DNA of 64,000 nucleotides, taken from positions 6,262,001 to 6,326,000 of the forward strand of contig JAGIQG010000030.1 in the NCBI GenBank assembly GCA_024679065.1. Reading direction: 5' to 3'. The notes beneath the pieces were generated by a model. That model did no database searches and was not told where the DNA came from. It saw nothing but the letters and a program-made list of their open reading frames with translations. The stretch is from Sphyrna mokarran. Lineage: Eukaryota. This document shows, one piece after another, positions 23,748 to 35,829 of this stretch (positions are counted from its first letter, which is position 1; every line of letters starts with the position of its first letter). The position numbers and the translations under genes were made by a program.

Positions 23748-25732
23748 GTGAGGGATAAAACCTGGTTGATGAAGAGAAGTTGGAGGTGTCAGAATCCGAC
23801 TCATTAACACATTTTAGTGATACTTCCCAAAGTTGATTTACATTGGCTAATTCTCTGACCAATGGTATCTGATGTTTTTGTAGTGCTGGGTTTCACGACA
23901 GGGAAGCCTTGAATCATAACAGTGATTTATTGAACGAAAGTTAAAACCACATAAGAACAAACTCAATACAGAGACATGAGTAGTCCCAGAGACTCCGAGG
24001 CTCGCATTGCAAGCTTTACCCACCATGACCTGTGCCCTGATACCCAGTATGCTCAGGTTCGCACACTTCTTTTCTATAGGCCCTCGGACCCTCAAACAAT
24101 CGCCCTCCAAACGGGCTACTTTCACTGATGTGAATTGCTTTATCTTCACTGCTCCTTTTCCACTCCACTATAAACGGATGGTCAGCTTGTTTCTGTTGTG
24201 GCTGAGCAGCATTCAAGCTATTCCTGATTGGTGGAGTGCCCAGCCATTAGTTAAACTGCACAACCAATGAAACGCAGGTTTAGTATTAAGTGGGTCACTG
24301 AAATGATATTGTGGCCAAGACTGTGTCCATAACCCTGATTGGCCATCTCAAGCTATTTTCCCCCCAGTTAGCTCCAAATATCCCTGGCACTAAGAGAGCT
24401 ATGCATCTAAGGGCAAGATGGCAAACTTTTGACACTATGTCAATTGTTCACTCAGATTTCTTTCCAACTCTTTCCGCTCGGCATGGTTCGCTGAAATGGT
24501 TTTTTGATTGTGAGTCTGGTCAGTAAGTACTGAAAGGCTGTTTGATTGTGAGTGGCAGAATCTGGACTCTATATCGTATAGAGACCACCCAGACAGAGCC
24601 ACCAATCCGGAGGAGGAACTTGGCTTTTGCATCTCTCTCATTCCAGGACACTGGAGCAATTGTCCATTCCTCTTCCTCATCCTGGCTAGCTTAGCAAACA
24701 TACTATAGGCTGGACTGCAGCCAGGAATAGCTTTGGTTTCTGTGGAAGGTCCGAGCTTAAGTCTTGACCCTCCATTGAAACCTAAACAGCAGATGAGACA
24801 GCGTTCAGCCACTAGAGGCTCAGAAGTTGCTCATTAAAAAGCAGACCGGCTCTCATGTCTGCTGTGGAGTAATTACTCCTGATGAGACTCAGAGTTTCGG
24901 CATGGGAGAGCGGAGCTTTTCTGGATTAATTAGTGCCCCCTCAATCTGAAGGTTCATCTCACTGTTCACTAGACACAGGCAGACATTGTCCAATGAGCAA
25001 ACAAAGCAAGAAATAACTATACGAGGGGAGGAAGAGGGGAAAATGCAGACACACAAACAAAAAAAAACACACAAGCACATCATTTCAATAAGTGGGAGAC
25101 CAAATAATTAAAAGCAGATGATGTCCCATGGCATTGCCAGCCAATAATCTGTGCTCAGGAGAGTGGTTCTGACAGTGAGCCTGAACTTCCACACACACGA
25201 CCACTTTCCAGTAGCTGATTGTTTGATCAGTCAAAGAATTACATGCAGCCTGCAGCCTAGAAATAAAGCATTTTTGCCCAACCAGACTGTACACGGCACG
25301 GTGGCTCAACAGTTAGCATTGCTCCCTCACAGCACCAAGAAACTAGGTTCAAATTCAGCCTTGGGTGACGGTCTGTGTGGAGTCTGCACATTGTCCTCAT
25401 GTCTTCATGGGTTTCCTCCACATTTTAAAGCTGTGCTGTTTAAGTTGAGTGGCCATGCTAAATTGCCCCCCAGTGTCAGGAGGAAATGGTAGGCTAAATA
25501 GAACATAGAACATTACATAGAATATGTGAGATTAGGGCCTGGGTGGGATTGTTGTTGGTGCAGGCCTGATGGGCCAAAAGGCCTCCTTCTGCACTGCAAT
25601 TCTATGCTGTATTCATGCCCACATGAAACCCCCACTCATCTTGTATTTTTCCATGACGTAGCTTTTCCTTAACTGCATCCCTGCTATTTGTCTCATTTTA
25701 ACATTCCCACCACTCTCTGAGTAAAAACGTTT

Positions 25733-28486
25733 AGGGACAGGAATGGTTGTTGCAGGTTCCGGGGTTCAAATGCTTCAGTCGGAGTAGAGAAGGAGGTAGA
25801 AGCGGGGGAGGAGTGGCATTATTAGTCAAAGACTGTATCACAGTGACAGAAAAGAAGTTTGATGAGGACTTGTCTGTTGAGGTAGTATGGGCTGAGATTA
25901 GAAACAGGAGAGGAGAGGTCACCCTGTTGGGAGTCTTTTATAGACCTCCTAAAAGCTCTAGAGAGGTAGAGGAAAGGATTGCAAAGTCGATCCTGGACAG
26001 GAGTGAAAGTAATAGGGTAATTGTTATGGGGGACTTTAACTTTACTAATATTGATTGGAATAGCTATAGCTCTAGCTCGTTAGAGGGGTCAGTTTTTGTA
26101 CAAAGTGTGCAGGAAGGTTTTTTGACTCAGTATGTAGATAGGCCAACTAGAGGTGAGGCTACATTGGATTTGGTGCTGGGCAATGAGCCAGACCAGGTGT
26201 TAGGCTTGGAAGTTAGTGAACATTTTGGTGATAGTGACCACAATTCGGTTACGTTCACCTTAGTGATGGATAGGGATAGGCATGAAGCTGGGGGCAGTAG
26301 TTATAGCTGGGGGAAGGGTAATTATGAGGCCATCAGGAGAGAATTAGGGTGCATAGGTTGGAGGAGTAAACTACAGGGACTGGGAACATCTGGAATGTGG
26401 AGCTTATTCAAGGAGCAGCTGCTGCGAGTCCTTGATAAGTATGTCCCTGTCAGGCAAGGAGGAAATGGTCGAGTAAGGGAGCCATGGTGTATGAAAAAAG
26501 TTAATTCGCTGGTTAAAAGGAAAAAAGAGGCTTATGTCAGGATGAGGCTTGAAGGCTCAGTTAGTGCAATGGATAGCTATAGATTAGCCAGGAGGGAGCT
26601 AAAGAGTGAGTTGAGGAGAGCTAAGAGGGGACACGAGAAGACTTTGGCTGATAGGATTAAGGAGAATCCTAAAGCTTTCTTTAGTTATGTTAAGAATAGA
26701 AGATTGGTTAGGGCAAGATTAGGGCCAGTCATAGACAGCAGTGGGAAGTTGTGCGTGGAGCCTGAAGAGATTGGAGAGGCACTGAACAAATATTTCTCTT
26801 CGGTATTCACGCAGGGAGATGTAAATGTAGTTGTGGAGAACACTGAGGTACAGGGTTGCAAACTGGAAAGTATTGAAGTAGATAGGGAGGATGTGCTAGA
26901 TATTCTTGAGGGTTTGAAGTTGGATAAGTCCCCTGGGCCGGACGGGATTTACCCTAGGATTCTCTGGGAGGCAAGAGAGGAGATTGCAGAGCCTCTGGCT
27001 CTGATCTTCAGGTCGTCGTTGGTTATGGGTGTGGTTCCGGAGGACTGGAGGATAGCGAATGTGGTCCCATTGTTCAAGAAGGGGAAGAGAGACCTTCCAG
27101 GGAATTATAGGCCAGTGAGTCTTACTTCTGTTGTGGGCAAAGTATTGGAGAGAATTATTAGGGATAGGATTTATAGTTATTTAGAGAGAAATGAATTGAT
27201 TGGGGATAGTCAGCATGGTTTTGTGAAGGGTAGGTCGTGCCTTACTAACCTTATTGAGTTTTTTGAAAAAGTGACCAAAGAGGTGGATGGGGGTAAGGCA
27301 GTTGATGTGGTATATATGGACTTTAGTAAGGCGTTCGATAAGGTGGCCCATGGAAGGCTTCTGCAGAAAATGCAGATGTATGGGATTGAGGGTGATTTAG
27401 CTAATTGGATTAGGAATTGGCTAGCAGATAGAAGACAGAGGGTGGTGGTTGATGGGAGATATTCATCGTGGAGTTCGGTGACAAGTGGTGTACCTCAGGG
27501 GTCTGTTTTGGGGCCCCTGCTGTTTGTAATTTTTATAAATGATCTGGATGAGGGTATTGAAGGATGGATTAGTAAATTTGCAGATGACACTAAAGTCGGT
27601 GGAGTGGTAGATAGTGAAGAGGGGTGTTATAGTTTGCAGAGAGACTTGGACAAGTTGCAGAGCTGGGCCGAGAGGTGGTAAATGGAGTTTAATGTGGAAA
27701 AGTGTGAGGTAATGCACTTTGGCAGGAATAATAAATGTGTAGAGTATAGGGCTAATGGTAGGATTCTTAATAGTGTTGATGAACAGAGGGATCTTGGTGT
27801 ATATGTGCATAGATCCCTGAAAGTAGGCAGTCAAGTCGATAAGGTTGTTAAGAAGGCATACGGAGTCTTAGCTTTTATTGGTAGGGGGATTGAATTTCGG
27901 AGCCGCAACGTCATGTTGCAACTGTACAAAACTCTAGTGCGCCGCACTTGGAGTATTGTGTGCAGTTCTGGTCCCCACATTATAAGAAAGATGTGGAGGC
28001 ATTGGAGAGGGTACAGAGGAGGTTTACCAGGATGTTGCCTGGTATGGAGGGCAGGTCTTATGAAGAGAGGCTGAGGGATTTGAGGTTGTTTTCGTTAGAA
28101 AGGAGGCGGCTAAGAGGGGACCTAATCGAAACATATAAGATGATTAGAGGTTTAGATAGGGTGGACAGTGATAGCCTTTTTCCTAGGATGGAGAAAGCTA
28201 GCACGAGGGGACACAGCTTTAAATTAAGGGGTGATAGTTATAGGACGGATATCAGAGGTAGGTTCTTTACCCAGAGGGTGGTTAGGGAGTGGAATGCCCT
28301 GCCTGCGGCAGTTGTAGATGCGCCAAGTTTGGTGGCGTTTAAGAGGTTAGTTGATAAGTTTATGGAAGAGAAGGGAATGGTTTAGTTTGGAGGGTCATTG
28401 CTTTTTTTTCATAATTGGTTGGCGCAACATCAAAGGCCGAAGGGCCTGTTCTGCGCTGTAATGTTCTATGTTCTATGTTCTATGTT
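25733..28486 (+). mobile_element. Young 5'-truncated CR1 (HER1-like) LINE, ORF2 with AP endonuclease and RT, in an RLBP1 intron
   Basis: 644-aa open frame with [34 protein letters not shown] and FADD motifs; one nonsense codon at 27679-27681 and a 1-bp deletion near 27941; ORF2 ends at 28385; (TTCTATG)n tail; splits an older antisense CR1 fragment with a gttt duplication. Confidence 0.95.
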
Positions 28487-28784
28487 TCTCCTGAGTTCCT
28501 TCTTGGATTTATTAGCAAATGTCATATGAGAAAATGCAAAAAAAACCAAATTATCTTAATGTGAGAAGTATACTGACACCACAATAAAAGCCCTCTCGCC
28601 TAACAATAACCATAACTCTAACTGGAAGAAAAGGGGACATGTTCTCTCTTTGTCCAACCCCAAAAGCTTAACGAGGATAGAGAGAACTATCAGTAATTAT
28701 GTTTCCAAATGCTGAACATTGCTGTGTCAAAGTCCCGACCTCAGGCAAAGATGTTGATTAATTCCAGTTTGTTCTCCCCTCTAG

Positions 28785-28963
28785 GTTACGTCCGTTTTCG
28801 GGAGCAATACCCTGAGCTCTTTGAAAACCTGACATCTGAGGCCGTACGCAGCACTATTGAGGCAGGTTACCCAGGCATTCTCCAAAACCGAGACAAGTAC
28901 GGTCGCGTTGTATTACTCTTTAACATTGAGAACTGGGATTACGAAGAAATTACTTTTGATGAG
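28785..28963 (+). CDS. RLBP1: RLBP1 coding exon 4 ([16 protein letters not shown]...[25 protein letters not shown])
   Basis: ctcccctctag acceptor, gtacca donor, 179 nt; includes conserved R151 and W166. Confidence 0.96.
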
Positions 28964-29188
28964 GTACCAGAGCCTGTCTTCAATAACATCCAGCATTTTC
29001 CAAAAACAAGACTGTGTTTGTCCTTTTAATCACTTTTTCTTCTCAGTTGAATTGGCTTAGAAAATCCATGGACACCCACCCAGAGAGATAATTTACAACT
29101 TGCAAATCCAGCAATCATTATCAAAACCACCTGACTTCCCTTTTCTTTGACATCAATGGCTGATGAAAATCGGACATTGTTTACAATG

Positions 29189-30558
29189 GGAAGTGATGGC
29201 CCAATGCTATTATTGCAAGACTATTAATCCAGAAACTACTGTTCTGGGGACCCGGGTTCGAATGCCATCACAGCAGATGGTGGAATTTGAATTCAATTAA
29301 AAGATATCTGAAACTAAGAACTTACCGATGACCATGAAACTACTGTTGATTGTCGGATAAACCCATCTGGTTCCCTAATGTCCTTTATGGAAGGAAATCT
29401 GCCACCTTTACCTGGTCTGGCCTACATGTGACTCCAGAGCCATAACAACTATCCTCCAGTTGTATAAAACGTTGGCTAGACCTCATTTGGAATACTGTGT
29501 CCAGTTCTGGCTGCCTTATTACTGGAAGGACGTGGAGACTCTGGAGAGAAGGCAGAGGAGGCTTACCAGGATACTGCCTGGTATGGAAGGTCTGAGTTAC
29601 GAGGAGATGTTAGGCAAATTGGAGCTGTTTTCCTTAGAAAGACGAAGACTTAGAGGAGATCTAATAGAGGTGTACAAGATTATGAGGGGTATAGATAGAG
29701 TAAACAGGGTTAAGCTTTTTCCTAGGCTGGACTCAAATAGCAAGACGGGTCACGGGCTTAGGGTGAGAGGGGTAAGGTATAATTTGGATGTTAGAGGGAG
29801 TTTTTTCACACAGAGGGTGGTGGGGGTATGGAATGCACTGCCAAGTAAAGTGGTGGAGGCAGGCACTCTGGAGTTATTTAATAGATACTTAGATGGGCAC
29901 ATGAACAGAATGGGAATGGAGGGGTATAGAAAACTGATTTAAAATAGGGATCATGAGCCTTGGGAGTCCCTGGGAAGTGTGTAAATAGATGATGATATTG
30001 ATGTACTTGTTTTTATCCTACAAGTGCTTTGGTCCACCGTGTTGTCTAACAAGGGGCATACACGCGATGGGTCGTGAGAGGACTGCTGTTGGATTTTTTT
30101 CGAGAGTATCCTAGTGCTTCACGTTGTTAGTGTACGCTTGACCTGGACCATTTGATGGGCAACATGACAGTTCAGTGACTATTGCTGTGCTGTGCAGATA
30201 CATGGATTTGGGCCTGTGTCTGTGGGAGTTTGCACATTCTCCCCGTGCTTGCATGGGTTTTCTCCAGGTGCTCCGGTTTCCTCCGACATCCCAAAAATGT
30301 GCTCTTAGGCTAATTGGGAAAACAAATTCTCCGTAAATTGTCTCAAATTTGGTTTTTAATCCATAGATCTTTAAACATAGACAGGGATCACGGGTAGAGG
30401 TGGGAACATCGGGGTGATGGCGTGGGCTCGTTGGGCTGAAGGGCCTGTTTCCTGTGCTGTTTTGTTCTTTGATCTTTGTTCTTTGTAAGAGCAACTAGGG
30501 ATGTGCAGTAAATGCTGGCTAGCCAGCAAAGCCCTTGTTCACAAATGAATAAAAAAAA
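29189..30558 (+). mobile_element. tRNA-headed SINE-like element sharing both ends with the 5448-9038 LINE (split by the CR1 at 29458-30486)
   Basis: Head with A/B-box-like ggcccaatgc...gggttcgaat; core ggaaggaaatctgcc...cctggtctggcctacatgtgactccag; tail gcaactagggatg...aatgaataaaaaaaa. Confidence 0.75.
29458..30486 (+). mobile_element. CR1 3' fragment with a long 3' UTR containing a V-SINE core; nested in a SINE
   Basis: 160-aa CR1 ORF2 C-terminus ending at 29942; continuous 3' region ending in a (TTCTTTG)-like tail; the host SINE resumes at 30487. Confidence 0.85.
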
Positions 30559-30913
30559 GTGGGAGCTTGACCTTCAATGCCAGTTTTATATAATTGGAAC
30601 TGGTTCCCACTGCTTTATGGCTTGATAATGGGTGCCCTGAATGTTTGCAAATCAGTGAACTGACACCTGGCACTTGAAAGTCTTCTAGGATCAGTGGTGC
30701 TGCTGAGTTGCTGGTCCTGTTTGACAGAAAGAGCCATCTTGGTAGTAGCCAGTTAATTGGTTACCCCCAATTAAGTGCCACCGTGGGTCCCACTGCCTGT
30801 GGAAATGGGCTTGCTCCCTCCCCACTTATGGCCCTGGTGGTGGGGCTACTTGGTAAAGCGTTTCTTTTGGAGACGTGACTCACGATGATTGTAACAGCTC
30901 TCTTCATTGGTAG

Positions 30914-31072
30914 ATCCTTCGTGCTTATTGTGTGATTCTGGAGAAACTTCTAGAGAATGATGAGACGCAGATTAATGGATTTTGCATCGTTGAAAACTTT
31001 AAGGGATTTACAATGAATCAAGCTTCTGGCATCAAACCCTCAGAGCTCAAGAAAATGGTAGACATGCTTCAG
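30914..31072 (+). CDS. RLBP1: RLBP1 coding exon 5 ([53 protein letters not shown])
   Basis: Translated by hand (absent from the ORF track); tag acceptor, gtgagt donor, 159 nt; Y180, E202 and M226 conserved. Confidence 0.96.
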
Positions 31073-31351
31073 GTGAGTGTAGCTGGCCATTAACCAATGG
31101 GAATGATCTTGAGACATGTGTGTCAAAGCAGAACAGATGGAGGAGCTAAATGGCCCATACCTGTCTCTGTCTTCCTTAGACAAGAAGACACTGGAGCAGA
31201 ATTTTGACCCATCGCAAAATGCTCTGTCACTTGAATCTATTTGGCTAGAATTTGCAACTACATTTCCTGTTATTCTCCCTCTCTATCCTCATTGTTCCGT
31301 GTGCCAACTTAACTCAATTGTATCCTATGAGCTGTGTGATTTCTACTAGTG

Positions 31352-32118
31352 CTGATTATAGAATTCCTACAATGCAGAGGGAGGACATTTGGCCCATCAG
31401 GTGTGCACTGATTCGCCAGCAGAACATCATAACCAGGCACACCCCACCGCTCCTTTACCTTAACCCCACTAGCCTACACATTTTGGACTCAAAGTTAACC
31501 CACTTTATCCTTGCACAGATGCTGCCAGACAATTTAGCATGGTCAATCCACCTAACCTGCACATCTTGGGACTGTGAAAGGAGACTGGAGCACCCAGACA
31601 AAACCCTCCCAGACATGGAGAGAATGTGCCACTAATTTGCCACTAGCAAGAACTTGCACTCAAGGCCGATGATTCTCCTTCCCTCCTTCAGGAAGTCCCA
31701 GACTTCTAATCCCTCCCCAGAGCAGCTTAGCCGAAATTGTAGACTGGGTGGGGAAACAACCAAAATGTCTGTGGCACAGTGGTTAGCACTACCTCATAGT
31801 GCCAGGGATATTCCAGCCTTGGGATGTCTGTGTGGAGTTTGCACATTCTCCCCATGTCTGGGAGGGTTTTGTTTGGGTGCTCCAGTCTCCTTTCACAGTC
31901 CCAAGATGTGCAGGTTAGGTGGATTGACCATGCTAAATTGTCTGGCAGCATCTGTGCAAGGATAAAGTGGGTTAACTTTGAGTCCAAAATGTGTAGGCTA
32001 GTGGGATTAAGGTAATGGAGCGGTGGGGTGGGCCTGGTTATGATGTTCTGCTGGCGAATCAGTGCAGACCTGATGGGCCGAATGTCCTCCCTCTGCATTG
32101 TAGGAATTCTATAATCAG
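31352..32118. repeat. 278-bp inverted repeat (31352-31629 / 31841-32118) of a chimeric HE1-like SINE
   Basis: 7 mismatches in 278 bp by manual alignment; 211-bp spacer. Confidence 0.92.
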
Positions 32119-32336
32119 ACCCCATTTGACAAACAGGCTTCAGTTGGGCTGCACTCAAGAACCCAAATCAGCAGGGATCAAAAGATTTCAAAGGATCTAA
32201 ACTCTGGGCACTAAGCATTGGGATATTATCTTGGTGTTGTTCTGCACTTACCTAGCAGCCATATCCAAAGACATCAACACAATTATAGCAAGGAAAGTAT
32301 GATTACCTGATGTCTGTTCTGTTTCTGAATGTTCAG

Positions 32337-32447
32337 GATTCCTTCCCCGCTCGGTTTAAAGCTGTATACTTCATTCATCAGCCTTGGTATTTCACCACAA
32401 CCTACAACATTGTCAAGCCCTTCTTAAAGAACAAGCTGCTGGAGAGG
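32337..32447 (+). CDS. RLBP1: RLBP1 coding exon 6 ([37 protein letters not shown])
   Basis: gttcag acceptor, gttagt donor, 111 nt; R234 conserved. Confidence 0.96.
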
Positions 32448-32734
32448 GTTAGTGAAATCAAAGAACATTGACTGTACCTTTAAGCATCTTTCTAATCTGT
32501 TGCCTTCAAGTCCTATGAAGAATTGCTCCATAATGTTCTGTTCAAAAACTCCAAATAAATTCTGAAATTCTTTCCAGTCTCAGGAGATTAAAGCTAGGTT
32601 TGGAGAATAAATTACTCAGGAATGTTGTTGAAGTAGGCAATATAAATAGGCTCAAGAGTTCCAGGAAGAGAAAAGGGACTGATAGAGATGATGGGAACCA
32701 AGCTGGACAACTCTTGGCAAATATATCAAATCCA

Positions 32735-32960
32735 CAATAAAAAACTGTAGATGCTGGAAATCTGAAATAAAAACAGAAAATGCTGGATAGATTCAGCAGA
32801 TCTGGCAGCATCTGTACAAGGATAAAATGGGTTAACTTTGAGTCCATACGCTCCTCCTACACCTATATGAGACATATTGAACTCGAAATATTGACTCTGT
32901 CTCTCTTTCCACAGATGCTGCCAGACCTGCTGAGTTTATCTAACATTTCCTCTTTTTATC
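32735..32960. mobile_element. Palindromic pair of Penelope-type termini
   Basis: cagcagatctggcagcatctgt mirrored by acagatgctgccagacctgctg. Confidence 0.65.
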
Positions 32961-34176
32961 AAATCCATGCCCATGTTTCGGAAAGCAACTATAAATTTCA
33001 AATAAAAATTTTTGTATAAACATTAAAAAACACAAAATAAGATCAATAAATTTAATCACGCTATTTGATTTTTTTAAAATTCTATTCAAGCATGTATAAT
33101 GGGTATTAGCAATTTAAATTACAGAGTTGGAAAATGGCAGATGCAAAAACTATTCAGAATGCATTTGAATGATTTATGGATTTTATAATCAGAGTAATCT
33201 AATCTGTAAAATAACAGCAATTGTACATCAGAGATTGCGGCAAATTTAACACTTTCACTGTTCCACTTAAGAGGAATTGCAGATTGTGTCATCGATTGAA
33301 CATGTGACCGACATACCTAATATACAATTGCGTATCCTTTTAATTATCAATTAAATGATTCATTTGATTGGGGATGGCATGGTGGCACAGAGGTTAATGC
33401 TGTTGCCTCATAGCGCCACGGACCCGGGCTCAATTCCAGCCTTGGGAGACAGTCTGTGTGGAGTTTGCACATTCTTCCCATGTCTGCATGGGTTTCATCT
33501 GGGTGCTCCAGTTCCCTCCTACATTGAATGTGGGAGAGAAATGGAATACCCGGATGTGCAGGTTAGGGTGCAATGATCATACTAAATTGCCCCTTAAACA
33601 TAGAAACATAGAAAAACTACAGCACAAACAGGCCCTTCGGCCCACAAGTTGCACTGAACATGTCGCTACCTATTAGGCATAGCTATACTCCTTCCTTTTA
33701 CTGAGTTCTATATACTTATCCAAAAGTCTCTTATCGAATCCGCCTCCACTGCCACCGCCGGCAGCAGATTACATGTGCCCATCACCTTCTGAGTGCAAAA
33801 CTCACCCCTGACATCTCCTCTGTACCTATTCCCCAGCATCCTAAACCTGTGTCCTCTTGTGCAACCATTTCAGCCCTGGGAAAAAGCCTCTGAGACTCGA
33901 TCAATACCTCTCAACATCTATACACCTCTATCAAGTCACCCCTCATCCTTTGTCTCTCCAAAGAGAGTCCCTAGTGTCTCTAGATGTGTAGGTTAAGGAG
34001 ATTAGTAGGGTAAATACATGAAGTTATGGGGATATTGTTGATTGGGCTGAATGGCCTCTTGCTGCACTGTAGGGATTCTATGGTAATTTACCCTTTAACG
34101 GTGATTTTATTTGCAGCAATCTTTTGTCCAATTGATTACTCAGGACTTAGAATAAACACAAACTATTCCTTCACAG

Positions 34177-34335
34177 GTTTATGTCTATGGTGAGGAGCTG
34201 GAAGACTTTTTCAAGGAGATTGATGCTGACATTCTCCCTGAAGATTTCGGGGGTAATCAGCCCAAATACAACGGCAAAATGGTTGCTGAGAAAATCCTTG
34301 GTCCAAGCACTGAGTCAGAAGATACTGCCCTTTAG
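34177..34335 (+). CDS. RLBP1: RLBP1 last coding exon (VYVYGEELEDFFKEIDADILPEDFGGNQPKYNGKMVAEKILGPSTESEDTAL*)
   Basis: ttccttcacag acceptor; LPxDFGG motif; TAG at 34333-34335. The seven exons sum to 954 nt = 317 aa plus stop. Confidence 0.96.
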   Translation, partial: VYVYGEELEDFFKEIDADILPEDFGGNQPKYNGKMVAEKILGPSTESEDTAL

Positions 34336-34546
34336 TTACTCAAAAGCGGTGTCGAAGAGAGCCTCAGATAATGAGGGTACAGGGCCAGTTATTACACTCA
34401 AGGTGTTTTTTTTTAAAAGAATTGTCTACTTATTGCACAAACTGAATTTTTCAGAATTCACTCCATTTCCTATACGTAACTGGTGTTTTCATGGCAGGCC
34501 CAAGTTGCAATTAATCTATTGCCTGTTGTTGAAATGTGAAATTAGC

Positions 34547-34601
34547 AATAAAGAAATTTTTTATGAGAAGCAAAATGCAGCTCCAGCAGTATTTTAATAA
34601 A
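34547..34601 (+). terminator. Candidate RLBP1 polyadenylation signals (AATAAA at 34547-34552 and 34596-34601)
   Basis: Two canonical hexamers 210-265 nt after the stop codon and just before repeat-derived sequence begins. Confidence 0.5.
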
Positions 34602-34929
34602 TGCAGACAGGTTTGCATTTATATAAACATCACTTGACCACATCTCTCAGAACCACTTCCCTCAATTTACCCAAATAGGTGCCAGACTGACTAGGAGATT
34701 TGCACTGTTACTTCATTGCAGTGTTAATGTAAACCTACTTATGACAATAAACTTAAACTTAAGCAATTGGTAAAATGGATATTAAGTGAGGTCAAACTGA
34801 GAGAAAACACTGGATGATGGTTTAGTGCAGGGGAGATGATGGCCTAGTGGTATTATCGCTGGACTATTGAATCCAAAAATGCAACTAATGTTCTGGGGAC
34901 CCGGGTTCAAATCTTGCCACGCTAGATGA

Positions 34930-35800
34930 TAGCAGAAAAAATCAAAAAATGGTCAGGACCAGATATTAAATATCCCTGGATATAAGCTGTTCAGGAAGGA
35001 TAGGGAATGAAACAGAGGAGGAGGAATGGTGAAATATTACAATGTGCTGGAAAGAGAGGATATCCTGCAGAGGTCAAGGACAGAACTTATTTGATTTGAG
35101 TTAGGAAACAATAATGGTACTTTTGTCCTACTGATTTTTTTGATTGACTACCAACTAATGGGAAACATAGAAGGGCAAACTTGCTGGAAAATTGAAGAGA
35201 TGTAACAGATTATAGATTAGTGATTAAGGTAGGCTTTAATAAACTGAGATAGTAACAGTGCAAAAGGCGGAGAAGGAGATGAGTTTCTGAAGAGGGTTCA
35301 GGAGAATGGACTTGTAAGTTTTTGCCCCAAGGAGGAAAGAGATTGTCCGGTCTGGTTGCAGGCAATGAGCATCAAGGGGACCATCAGGGAACGGTGATCA
35401 TTGGGTGGGATTTTATGGTTTCCGAGCAAGACTGGAAATTCCTGCCTGAGGTCAATGAAGATTTCTACTGTCAGACCCTCACCCACTCTGATTCCGCGAC
35501 GGGTGAGGTAGTAACGTTTCGGCCATGATGTCATGAGGATTCAGTTAGCTATAGGAAAAAGACAAGGAGAAATCTAGAGTAGAAATATTTAGTTGAAGGA
35601 TGGCCATTCAAGTGGATTGTGAGCAGACTTGTTCTGGGTAAATTGGGTGAATAATTAGTAGGCAAAACTATAACAGAACAATGGACTGAATTCGTCAAGG
35701 TGATAGTTTGGGTACAGTGGAGGTCCCTCTTGTCACAGAGGGGAAGATAGGATGACAAAAACTAATGTTCCTTTGATGATGAAAGAGAGACATTGGGACA
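34930..35800 (+). mobile_element. Highly decayed CR1 endonuclease-region fragment with a MITE-like insert (about 35400-35525)
   Basis: LNIPGYKLFRKDR and following remnants colinear with the 5' part of the 25733 element. Confidence 0.6.
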
Positions 35801-35829
35801 GGAAGAAGTAGATGTTAAGCAGTGTCAGG

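Noticed and set aside
28709-29029. ORF-track proteins extending RLBP1 exons into flanking sequence (also 16253-16576 and 23513-23758)
   Set aside because: Homology stops at canonical splice sites; the extensions are intronic.
34181-34597. 138-aa ORF overlapping the last RLBP1 exon
   Set aside because: Alternative frame of the real exon running into the UTR; no recognisable protein similarity.
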